A stretch of DNA of 64,000 nucleotides from Bifidobacterium breve (lineage in GTDB: Bacteria > Actinomycetota > Actinomycetes > Nanopelagicales > Nanopelagicaceae): contig CAMCYA010000003.1 in assembly GCA_945883675.1 (NCBI GenBank), forward strand, positions 1,808 to 65,807, read 5' to 3'. Numbering within the stretch: the first letter of the stretch is position 1; each line of letters starts with the position of its first letter. Shown one piece after another: positions 29,773 to 38,243 of this stretch. The notes under the pieces are model-generated. The model saw only the letters and a list, made by a program, of their open reading frames with translations, was not told the DNA's origin and searched no databases. The position numbers and the translations under genes were made by a program.

Positions 29773-30264
29773 ATGCAGATCCGCCCAGCACATACCCGTG
29801 ACATCAAAGGAATCCGACAACTCATTGATTCTTATTCACCACAAGGCCGTTTGCTCACAAAAGAAACCGTTACTCTTTATGAGAGTGTTCAAGAGTTCAC
29901 GGTAGCAATTGAAGGAGATGATGTAGTTGGTTGTGGAGCACTTCACGTGCTTTGGGAAGATTTGGCCGAAGTTCGCACAGTTGCCGTTAATGCAAAACTT
30001 CGAGGTCAGGGAGTCGGACATCAAATTTTAGAATCGATAATTTCTAGAGCTGAAGAGATTGGAGTTAAGCGTCTCTTTTGTTTGACTTTTGAAACTGAGT
30101 TTTTTGGTCGTCACGGATTTCAAGTGATAGAAGGAACTCCCGTTGCACCTGAAATCTATGCCGAACTTTTGCGTTCTTATGATGCAGGTGTTGCAGAGTT
30201 TTTAGATCTTGAAGCGGTGAAACCAAATACCCTGGGAAATACCCGAATGCTGAAAGAGCTGTAA
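29773..30264 (+). CDS. argA: Short GNAT amino-acid N-acetyltransferase (ArgA-like)
   Basis: GCGALHVLWEDLAEVRTVAV, RGQGVG, LFCLTFE. Confidence 0.8.
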   Translation: MQIRPAHTRDIKGIRQLIDSYSPQGRLLTKETVTLYESVQEFTVAIEGDDVVGCGALHVLWEDLAEVRTVAVNAKLRGQGVGHQILESIISRAEEIGVKRLFCLTFETEFFGRHGFQVIEGTPVAPEIYAELLRSYDAGVAEFLDLEAVKPNTLGNTRMLKEL

Positions 30265-30316
30265 GCGAACTCAGCCGAAGGAAATGCTGAAAGAGCTGTA
30301 AGCGAACTCAGCCGAA
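30246..30316 (+). repeat. Exact 34-bp direct repeat x2 (period 37) spanning the argA stop codon
   Basis: AATGCTGAAAGAGCTGTAAGCGAACTCAGCCGAA at 30246-30279 and 30283-30316. Confidence 0.95.
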
Positions 30317-30476
30317 AAACCGCTACTCGAGCAGAAAAATTGACCCTAGATTTAGCCCTATTTCGGGCATAACCCCGCCACATTTGGGGTTGTAAAGGTC
30401 GTAAGCAATCCACCTCGCGGGTCAATGGCTGCAGGTATTAGGCTTAATGACAGATCGATACAAAGGAGCACCGCCC

Positions 30477-32975
30477 ATGTTTGAGCGCTTTACCGACCGA
30501 GCCCGACGCGTTGTCGTTTTGGCCCAAGAAGAAGCACGCATGCTCAATCACAATTACATCGGCACTGAGCACATCTTGCTTGGTCTTATTCACGAAGGTG
30601 AAGGCGTTGCATCAAAGGCTCTTGAATCACTTGGTATTTCACTTGAAGGTGTTCGAGCACAAGTAGAAGAAATTATTGGCCAAGGACAACAAGCGCCAAG
30701 TGGTCACATTCCATTTACTCCGCGCGCAAAGAAAGTTCTTGAACTTTCACTTCGCGAAGCGTTGCAGTTAGGACACAACTACATTGGAACTGAACATATT
30801 CTTCTTGGTTTAATTCGGGAAGGCGAAGGAGTTGCCGCGCAAGTTCTAGTAAAACTTAGCGCCGACTTAAATCGCGTGCGTCAACAAGTAATTCAGTTAC
30901 TCTCTGGTTATCAAGGAAAAGAATCTGTTCAGTCAGGCCCAGCAGAAGGCGTTCCATCAACATCTTTAGTTCTAGATCAATTTGGACGAAATCTGACTCA
31001 AGCTGCCCGTGAAGGAAAACTTGATCCTGTCATTGGGCGCGAAAATGAAATTGAGCGCGTTATGCAAGTTCTATCGCGCCGCACAAAAAACAACCCAGTC
31101 CTAATCGGTGAACCTGGTGTCGGTAAGACAGCCGTTGTGGAAGGTCTTGCACAAGCGATCTTTAAAAATGATGTCCCTGAAACTCTTAAGGATAAGCAAG
31201 TGTATTCACTTGATCTTGGCGCACTTGTTGCAGGTAGTCGCTACCGTGGAGATTTTGAAGAGCGTTTAAAGAAGGTTCTTAAAGAGATTAAAACTCGCGG
31301 AGACATTATTTTGTTTATCGATGAGATTCATACATTAGTTGGAGCAGGAGCTGCAGAGGGTGCAATCGATGCTGCAAGTATTCTCAAGCCAATGCTTGCG
31401 CGAGGTGAACTACAGACAATCGGTGCAACAACTCTTGATGAGTATCGCAAGCACGTTGAAAAAGATGCAGCCCTAGAGCGCCGCTTCCAACCAATTCAAG
31501 TTAAAGAGCCAACAGTTGCTCACACGATTGAAATTCTCAAGGGATTACGTGATCGGTACGAAACACATCACCGTGTATCCATTACAGATGGTGCATTAGC
31601 TGCTGCTGCAAACATGGCTGATCGCTATGTTTCAGATCGTTTCTTGCCAGATAAGGCAATTGACCTCATTGATGAAGCTGGATCACGCCTTCGTATTAAG
31701 CGCATGACCGCGCCCCCTGAACTACGTGAATTCGACGATAAAATTGCAAATGCACGTAAGGAGAAAGAGTCTGCCATTGATGGCCAGGACTTTGAATTAG
31801 CAGCGGCTCTTCGCGATAAGGAAAAAACTCTTATCATCGAAAAACAAGAAGCAGAGAAAAACTGGAAAGCAACTGACTTGGATAAGGTCACTGAAGTTGA
31901 TGAAGAGTTGATTGCGCAAGTGCTTTCAATCTCAACTGGAATTCCTGTATTTAAATTAACCGAGGAAGAGACAGCACGTCTTCTAAACATGGAAGCTGAG
32001 CTTCATAACCGAGTCATTGGACAAGAGCAAGCGATCAAAGCTTTATCAAAAGCAATTCGTCGCACACGTGCTGGTCTTAAAGATCCACGCCGCCCAGGTG
32101 GCTCATTTATTTTTGCCGGTCCTTCAGGTGTTGGTAAGACAGAGCTTTCAAAAACTCTTGCCTCATTCTTATTTGGTGATCAAGATGCACTAATTCAACT
32201 TGATATGTCTGAATACTCTGAGCGTCATACGGCTTCACGTTTATTTGGTGCACCTCCAGGCTATGTTGGATATGACGAGGGTGGACAGCTAACTGAAAAA
32301 GTTCGTCGCCGTCCTTTCTCTGTAGTTCTCTTTGATGAGATCGAAAAAGCACACCCAGATATCTTCAACTCTCTTTTGCAGGTTCTAGAAGACGGACACT
32401 TAACAGATGCCCAAGGAAGAACAGTTGACTTTAAAAATACGGTCATCATCATGACTACAAACCTTGGAACTCGCGATATCTCTAAATCACAAGGTCTTGG
32501 TTTTGCTAATTCTGGTGATGATTTAACAAACTATGAGCGCATGAAGGGCAAAGTAACTGACGAACTTAAGTCACACTTTCGCCCTGAGTTCCTTAACCGT
32601 ATCGATGATGTAATCGTCTTCCATCAGTTAACTAAGCCTCAGATTATTGAAATTGTTGATCTGATGCTTAAGAATCTTGATGATCGCTTGCAGAACAAAG
32701 ATATGGGAATTGAATTAACGCCAGCTGCAAAAGATCTATTGGCAGATCGCGGTTATGACCCACTCTTAGGTGCTCGTCCACTTCGTCGCGTTATTCAGCG
32801 CGAAATTGAGGATGCATTGTCAGAGCGCATCTTGTTTGGTGAATTAAAAGCCGGCGAAATCATTGTTGTAGATGTCATCGGGGAAGGCGCAGAAGCCGAA
32901 TTCACCTTTAAGGGTGCACCTAAATCTGCAATGCCTGATACACCTGAAGATTTAGCTGAAGCACCAACTGCCTAA
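30477..32975 (+). CDS. clpC: ATP-dependent Clp protease ATPase ClpC1
   Basis: [21 protein letters not shown], two AAA modules ([16 protein letters not shown]); SD AAAGGAG supports ATG 30477. Confidence 0.98.
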   Translation: MFERFTDRARRVVVLAQEEARMLNHNYIGTEHILLGLIHEGEGVASKALESLGISLEGVRAQVEEIIGQGQQAPSGHIPFTPRAKKVLELSLREALQLGHNYIGTEHILLGLIREGEGVAAQVLVKLSADLNRVRQQVIQLLSGYQGKESVQSGPAEGVPSTSLVLDQFGRNLTQAAREGKLDPVIGRENEIERVMQVLSRRTKNNPVLIGEPGVGKTAVVEGLAQAIFKNDVPETLKDKQVYSLDLGALVAGSRYRGDFEERLKKVLKEIKTRGDIILFIDEIHTLVGAGAAEGAIDAASILKPMLARGELQTIGATTLDEYRKHVEKDAALERRFQPIQVKEPTVAHTIEILKGLRDRYETHHRVSITDGALAAAANMADRYVSDRFLPDKAIDLIDEAGSRLRIKRMTAPPELREFDDKIANARKEKESAIDGQDFELAAALRDKEKTLIIEKQEAEKNWKATDLDKVTEVDEELIAQVLSISTGIPVFKLTEEETARLLNMEAELHNRVIGQEQAIKALSKAIRRTRAGLKDPRRPGGSFIFAGPSGVGKTELSKTLASFLFGDQDALIQLDMSEYSERHTASRLFGAPPGYVGYDEGGQLTEKVRRRPFSVVLFDEIEKAHPDIFNSLLQVLEDGHLTDAQGRTVDFKNTVIIMTTNLGTRDISKSQGLGFANSGDDLTNYERMKGKVTDELKSHFRPEFLNRIDDVIVFHQLTKPQIIEIVDLMLKNLDDRLQNKDMGIELTPAAKDLLADRGYDPLLGARPLRRVIQREIEDALSERILFGELKAGEIIVVDVIGEGAEAEFTFKGAPKSAMPDTPEDLAEAPTA

Positions 32976-33003
32976 TTAACTGCTAAATAAACTTCTCTGA
33001 ACA

Positions 33004-33855
33004 TTAGAGCGGTAATCGATAACGCTTGCGCGAAATTGATTCAATGAGCTGATCCTTCATTAAACTCAGGAGAGCTTTTTCAACTTGTGATTCATCGGGC
33101 CATAGTTTTTTAAGTGCGCCCTCTGTGAGTGATTCACTTTCACGCAATGCTTGAACAATAGTTCCACGGCATTTGCGATCTGTCCCATGCCAATCTTGAG
33201 ATTTTCTAACAAGCTCTGTTTTGGGATAGCCATTTTTAAGCCACATGCATTGATCAATGATGGGACACTTTTCACAGATTGGTTTTTTTGAAGTACAGAT
33301 CACTGCGCCAAGTTCCATGGTTGCAGCAGCCCATAGGTGTGCATTCTTTTCCGGTAATAACTTCATTCGCGAATTTCTCTCCTTCGAGGTCGCGGCAGGT
33401 TTTGGATGTTCTTGTCCATCTATCGCTCTTACCAAAACACGGCGAATGTTTACATCCATAACGAGTGTGCGTTTTTCGAATGCAAAGGCAGCAATGGCCG
33501 CGGCGGTGTACTCGCCAATTCCAGGAAAAAGTTGAAGAATATTAGGATCTTCAGGAACTTGATTATTAAAATCTTCAGTGATTATCTGCGCAGTTGCGTG
33601 CAAGCGAAGGGCTCTGCGCGGATAACCAAGACGTCCCCAGGCTGTAATAACCTCTGCAGGCGTTGCCTTAGCTAAATCTGCCGGAGTTGGCCAACGCTGC
33701 ATCCACTCATTCCATTTAGGAAGTACACGGTTGACTGGGGTTTGTTGCAACATAAACTCACTAACTAAAACACCCCACGGTGTTGTGTTGCGCCAAGGAA
33801 GATCGCGCTTATGCTTTTTAAACCAAGAGATAATTGGTTTTTCTAGCGAATTCAT
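33004..33855 (-). CDS. mutY: A/G-specific adenine glycosylase
   Basis: RDLPWR, VSEFMLQQT, LGYPRRA, PGIGEYTA, C-x6-C-x2-C-x5-C Fe-S loop. Confidence 0.94.
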   Translation of the reverse strand: MNSLEKPIISWFKKHKRDLPWRNTTPWGVLVSEFMLQQTPVNRVLPKWNEWMQRWPTPADLAKATPAEVITAWGRLGYPRRALRLHATAQIITEDFNNQVPEDPNILQLFPGIGEYTAAAIAAFAFEKRTLVMDVNIRRVLVRAIDGQEHPKPAATSKERNSRMKLLPEKNAHLWAAATMELGAVICTSKKPICEKCPIIDQCMWLKNGYPKTELVRKSQDWHGTDRKCRGTIVQALRESESLTEGALKKLWPDESQVEKALLSLMKDQLIESISRKRYRLPL

Positions 33856-35219
33856 TCGCCGTTAATTTTTACCCGTTTTAGTGCGGCATCTAACCGCGAG
33901 ACTTCAAAAATCTCCATTCCCGCAATCTTTACATCTGAACCAGTTGGAACTAAAGCCCGTTTAAAACCAAGACGATAAGCCTCTTGTAATCTGCGATTTA
34001 CTCCACTTACTTTTCTAATCTCACCTGCTAAACCGACTTCACCGATTGCTACAAGATCTGCTGGCAGGGCTAGAGATTTAGCGGCAGAGGCAACAGCTAA
34101 CGCTAAAGCCAAATCAGCAGCTGGTTCCGTCATTTTCATCCCACCAACAGTTGCTGCATAGACATCGCGTCCACCAACTCGAACATGTGCACGTAGTTCT
34201 AGAACTGCAAGAGTCATTGACGTCCGTGCAGAATCCAATCCGGAAACTACTCGGCGTGCATTTCCAAAGTCATTTTCGCGCCCCGCAGATACGAGTGCTT
34301 GAATCTCAGCTAACAAAGGTCTGCGGCCCTCTAGAGTTACCGTGACACATGTTCCTGGCACCGGTTCAACATGGCGAGAAGTAAATAAACCTGTTGGATC
34401 AAGTACTGATTCAATACCTGAATCGCTTAGATCAAAACATCCAACTTCATCAGATGCGCCGAAGCGGTTTTTAATTGCTCGTATCAAGCGCAATCGTGAA
34501 TGCCGTTCGCCTTCAAATTGAAGAACAACATCGACGATATGTTCTAAAAGTCGTGGTCCAGCAATAGTACCATCTTTGGTGACATGTCCAACCAGAAGCA
34601 AAGTTATATCCCGATCTTTGCAAATTCGAATCAGAGCACCTGCAACTTCACGGACTTGAGTCACTCCACCAGGAGCGCCGTCAGCAGTTGAACTTCCAAT
34701 TGTCTGAATGGAGTCGATTATGACCAGCTCTGGTTTTACTGCATCAATGTGTGCAATTACGGCGCCGAGATCTGTCTCTGATGCAATAAACAATTTGGGA
34801 TCAACAGCTTTAATTCGCTCTGCTCGTAAGCGCACCTGCGATGCAGACTCTTCCCCACTGATGTAAAGCGAAGTAATTGCCTTTGCTGCACTTTGCGCTG
34901 CAACAGAGAGCAGCAGCGTTGATTTACCAACACCGGGTTCACCTGCTAACAAAATTGCAGCACCTGGAACAAGTCCGCCACCAAGAACCCGATCTAATTC
35001 GGAAACACCTGTTGGTCTGGCATGTGCAGCAGAAAGATCAACATCACCAATCGGTAATGCTTTTGAAGTAACGTTTCCTGGAACCAATGAAAGTTTTTTT
35101 GGCGCTGCAATCTCTTCAACAGCTCCCCATGCTTGGCATTCACCGCAACGGCCAACCCATTTTTGGGAAGTCCATCCGCACTCAGTGCAGCGAAACGGAT
35201 CTTTTTCTACCTTGGCCAT
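33852..35219 (-). CDS. radA: DNA repair protein RadA/Sms
   Basis: C4 zinc finger, GEPGVGKSTL, KNRFG, Lon-like C-terminal domain. Confidence 0.97.
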   Translation of the reverse strand: MAKVEKDPFRCTECGWTSQKWVGRCGECQAWGAVEEIAAPKKLSLVPGNVTSKALPIGDVDLSAAHARPTGVSELDRVLGGGLVPGAAILLAGEPGVGKSTLLLSVAAQSAAKAITSLYISGEESASQVRLRAERIKAVDPKLFIASETDLGAVIAHIDAVKPELVIIDSIQTIGSSTADGAPGGVTQVREVAGALIRICKDRDITLLLVGHVTKDGTIAGPRLLEHIVDVVLQFEGERHSRLRLIRAIKNRFGASDEVGCFDLSDSGIESVLDPTGLFTSRHVEPVPGTCVTVTLEGRRPLLAEIQALVSAGRENDFGNARRVVSGLDSARTSMTLAVLELRAHVRVGGRDVYAATVGGMKMTEPAADLALALAVASAAKSLALPADLVAIGEVGLAGEIRKVSGVNRRLQEAYRLGFKRALVPTGSDVKIAGMEIFEVSRLDAALKRVKINGE

Positions 35220-35246
35220 AGCGATAAGCCTATGACACGGGGCTGA

Positions 35247-36059
35247 CTATTTCTTCTGGGCAGCCAATGTAGCTGGATGCTGAATCACAAAAAGTGGTAG
35301 CGAGCGTGCTGATGCCTCACGGATATGTTCCATGCGTGCATTGCATAGGCGAGATAGTTCGTTGTAAGCATCTTTACCCATAAGGAGTTCGAGTTCGTAC
35401 TTGTTAGAGATATAAACAGGCTCTGTGCCAACGTGAGCATCACTATTGCTTGTGCAGTACCAATCAAAATCTTCACCGCCATCGCCCCATGCAAGACGTT
35501 CATACTCACCAATGACCGTTACAGAGTACTCACGCTCACCATATTCACGGGTTTCAAAACTACGGCGTAGCGGTAGCTGCCAACAAACATCAGGTTTTGT
35601 ATCTGCAAAATGTTTTCCATCGCGTTGTGCAACATGGTGAAGTACACAACCAAATGATCCAGTGAAACCTTCTGCTTCGTAACCTTTTCGGTTAAGGAAA
35701 ATACATCCATCTTCAACGCGACGTGTTTTGCGCTCGCCATCTTCATCTTTCTCAGAAATTCTTAATGCACCGCCGGGCTTTTTTGGTCGCGCTTCATTGT
35801 AGAACTGCCACATCTCGGGTGTTAGGTAAGTTGCAGCCTTTAGAGTGCGCTCTTCATCTTCCTCATCTGAATACATAGCACCTTCCGTGCAACACCCAGA
35901 ATTTGGTTGATTCTTAAAAACACCTTGGCATCCATCGCCATAAATACATGTCCAGTAAGAAGTAAGCCACGTTAAATCACATTTAAAGATTGTCTCAGCA
36001 TCATTAGGGTCGAAAAATTCAACCCAATCACGCGCAAATCCCGGCTTTACTTCTGGCAT
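35247..36059 (-). CDS. Conserved Cys-rich actinobacterial protein (putative metal/Fe-S binding)
   Basis: WTCIYGDGCQG, GCCTEGA, GCIFLNR, GCVLH, KPDVCWQLP, WYCT. Confidence 0.7.
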   Translation of the reverse strand: MPEVKPGFARDWVEFFDPNDAETIFKCDLTWLTSYWTCIYGDGCQGVFKNQPNSGCCTEGAMYSDEEDEERTLKAATYLTPEMWQFYNEARPKKPGGALRISEKDEDGERKTRRVEDGCIFLNRKGYEAEGFTGSFGCVLHHVAQRDGKHFADTKPDVCWQLPLRRSFETREYGEREYSVTVIGEYERLAWGDGGEDFDWYCTSNSDAHVGTEPVYISNKYELELLMGKDAYNELSRLCNARMEHIREASARSLPLFVIQHPATLAAQKK

Positions 36060-36098
36060 AGTCGCAGAGCCTACAGGCTCAACGGGTAGTCTTGTTAC

Positions 36099-36902
36099 AT
36101 GGAGACAAAGCTAAAGGTTGGACTCATTGGTGCAGGAATAATGGGTGAGGCCCTTATCTCTGCCCTTACAACATATGGGCTAAATCCAAAATTAATTACT
36201 ATCTCCGAGAAGCGCTCAGAGCGCATTGAAGAGTTAACTAAAAAATACTCAATCAATTCAGATAATCTTGCAAATAATGTTTCAACAGCCCAAGTATTGC
36301 TTTTGGTCGTTAAACCACAGGATTTAGGGGAAGTTTTAGCAGAGGTAAAGGGCCAAATAAGTTCACAGACATTGATCGTCACGTTTGCTGCTGGAAAGAG
36401 CATTTCATTTGTTGAAGATGCAATTGGGAAAGCAAATCCGATTATCCGCGTGATGCCAAACTCACCGATTTTATTGGGAGAAGGCATGTCGGCGATCTCA
36501 ACTTCACATAGCGTAACTGCTGAGCAAAGAGATTTTGTAACCGGATTTTTAAGTGCGGCCGGTAAAACTATTGAAGTTGAGGAGTCACTTCAAGATGCAG
36601 TGACTGCAACCAGTGGCTCTGGACCTGCATATTTCTTTGCTTTTGTGGAGTCAATGATCTTGGGTGCAGTTGAGCTTGGGCTGAATCAAAAAGATGCGAC
36701 TACTTTGACTGTCCAAACAATTGTAGGTGCTGCAAAAATGCTAGAGGAATCCGGCAAAACCGCAGCAGTTCTCCGTGAAAATGTTACAAGCCCTAATGGC
36801 ACTACGGCAGCAGCTTTGGCATCATTTACAGATGATGGATTAGAGCAATTAGTTCGTAAGGCAATGAAGGCTGCTCGTGATCGGGCACAGGAATTAGCGT
36901 GA
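36099..36902 (+). CDS. proC: Pyrroline-5-carboxylate reductase
   Basis: IGAGIMG, VKPQ, RVMPN, SGSGPAY, VTSPNGTT. Confidence 0.96.
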   Translation: METKLKVGLIGAGIMGEALISALTTYGLNPKLITISEKRSERIEELTKKYSINSDNLANNVSTAQVLLLVVKPQDLGEVLAEVKGQISSQTLIVTFAAGKSISFVEDAIGKANPIIRVMPNSPILLGEGMSAISTSHSVTAEQRDFVTGFLSAAGKTIEVEESLQDAVTATSGSGPAYFFAFVESMILGAVELGLNQKDATTLTVQTIVGAAKMLEESGKTAAVLRENVTSPNGTTAAALASFTDDGLEQLVRKAMKAARDRAQELA

Positions 36903-38095
36903 AACGCTTCTTCACTTTAGCTTTGGTTGTACTTCTAGCGATTACACCTACCGCTCAAGCAGTACCAAAAAAAATTACCGTTAACCCTTTAAAACTTCTT
37001 ACAACAATTGGTTTGCCATCTGAAGTTAGCGGAGTGGTTGTTTCTGGTAAAAACTTAATTGTTTATGGAACTCAAAATTCGAGGGCTTATGCAAAAGCTC
37101 TTGATGTAAATGGAACAGAGTTGTGGAAAATACAGTTAGATCAATCTCAAGGATCAGTGGCGACGGCTGCTGCTGTGGATGCTGTTGGAGATATTTGGAT
37201 CGCTGGATCAACACCTTTGGTAGCAACCTCTGTAGTGGCCCCCTCAGGAATTACACAAGCAACAATTAATCCCGATAACGCAGTGATTCCTGCACCAACA
37301 CTTGCAGGAGATTTGAAGGTATTAACTATCTGGAAGGTTTCAGCTACAGGAGTTATCGGTTCGCCAAGTGTTTTACCTTCAAACCACGCCATTTTACCTA
37401 CTGCAGTACTAATCGATAAGGCTGGGCTCATAATTGTTGGTTCTTTAGCAAGTGAAAAAACTAGTGCAGGATTTATTGTTTCACTTATTTTTTCTGGTGT
37501 TTTCTCAAAACTAACGCAAGTTGGTTCAATCTCCACAACTATCGAATCTGTTTCTCGAAATACAGATGGAACCTTCACCCTTGTTGGTTCAAGTGGTGAA
37601 ACAATTGCTGGTAAAAAGCTCGCAGGTTTAGTTGATGGTCTGATTGTCAGGGTTTCAAAGGATCTAAAGATTGTCTCGGCTATCCGAAGTTCCATCAGTA
37701 AGGGCAAGCGCATTTGGAATAGCACCACAGCTTCATTGCTTCTAGGTGGAGAAGTTGTTGTTGGAAGTAAAAGGGAAGTAGCAGTCACGAAATTCTCATC
37801 TCGCTATTTACCCACTTGGACATTTAGATTTGTAGGCACAGGTCCTGGATTTACGATTGGTTCTACACAACTCCTATTTCTTTCAAGTGGGGCAGTTCCA
37901 GAACTTGCATGGAATCCAAAGACACCTACTCCCTTGCTAATAACTTTTAACGCAAAAGGAGCAATTTCGGCAGCCGATAGCGCTCCAATTGGTCAACGAT
38001 TACTCCTAGGAAGCCTAGAGTCCAAAGAGTTGGGTCCGCTTGTTGTCACATCAAGCGCGGATACCGTTTCGATTTTTATTCGCAATACACGGTAA
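36899..38095 (+). CDS. Secreted beta-rich hypothetical protein (possible beta-propeller)
   Basis: Signal peptide ending AQA; repeated beta-strand/Gly-Ser blades; GTGA overlap with proC. Confidence 0.65.
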   Translation: MKRFFTLALVVLLAITPTAQAVPKKITVNPLKLLTTIGLPSEVSGVVVSGKNLIVYGTQNSRAYAKALDVNGTELWKIQLDQSQGSVATAAAVDAVGDIWIAGSTPLVATSVVAPSGITQATINPDNAVIPAPTLAGDLKVLTIWKVSATGVIGSPSVLPSNHAILPTAVLIDKAGLIIVGSLASEKTSAGFIVSLIFSGVFSKLTQVGSISTTIESVSRNTDGTFTLVGSSGETIAGKKLAGLVDGLIVRVSKDLKIVSAIRSSISKGKRIWNSTTASLLLGGEVVVGSKREVAVTKFSSRYLPTWTFRFVGTGPGFTIGSTQLLFLSSGAVPELAWNPKTPTPLLITFNAKGAISAADSAPIGQRLLLGSLESKELGPLVVTSSADTVSIFIRNTR

Positions 38096-38144
38096 TCTAA
38101 CCACCTCCTCAACATCAGCAAACATAGAAAAGAGAGATTCGTAT

Positions 38145-38243
38145 ATGGGTTCAGTAATTAAAAAGCGACGCAAGCGTATGGCGAAAAAGAAGCACAAAAA
38201 ACTTCTAAAGAAAACTCGTATTCAGCGCCGCAACGCAAAATAA
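38145..38243 (+). CDS. 30S ribosomal protein bS22 (AURKAIP1/COX24 domain)
   Basis: [32 protein letters not shown]. Confidence 0.93.
   Translation: MGSVIKKRRKRMAKKKHKKLLKKTRIQRRNAK

Noticed and set aside
30246-30316. Mini CRISPR array
   Set aside because: Only two repeats, a 3-nt spacer, the repeat includes coding sequence, and there are no cas genes.
30339-30426. tRNA gene
   Set aside because: Cloverleaf-like but lacks GTTC T-loop, D-loop GG, a 7-nt anticodon loop and CCA.
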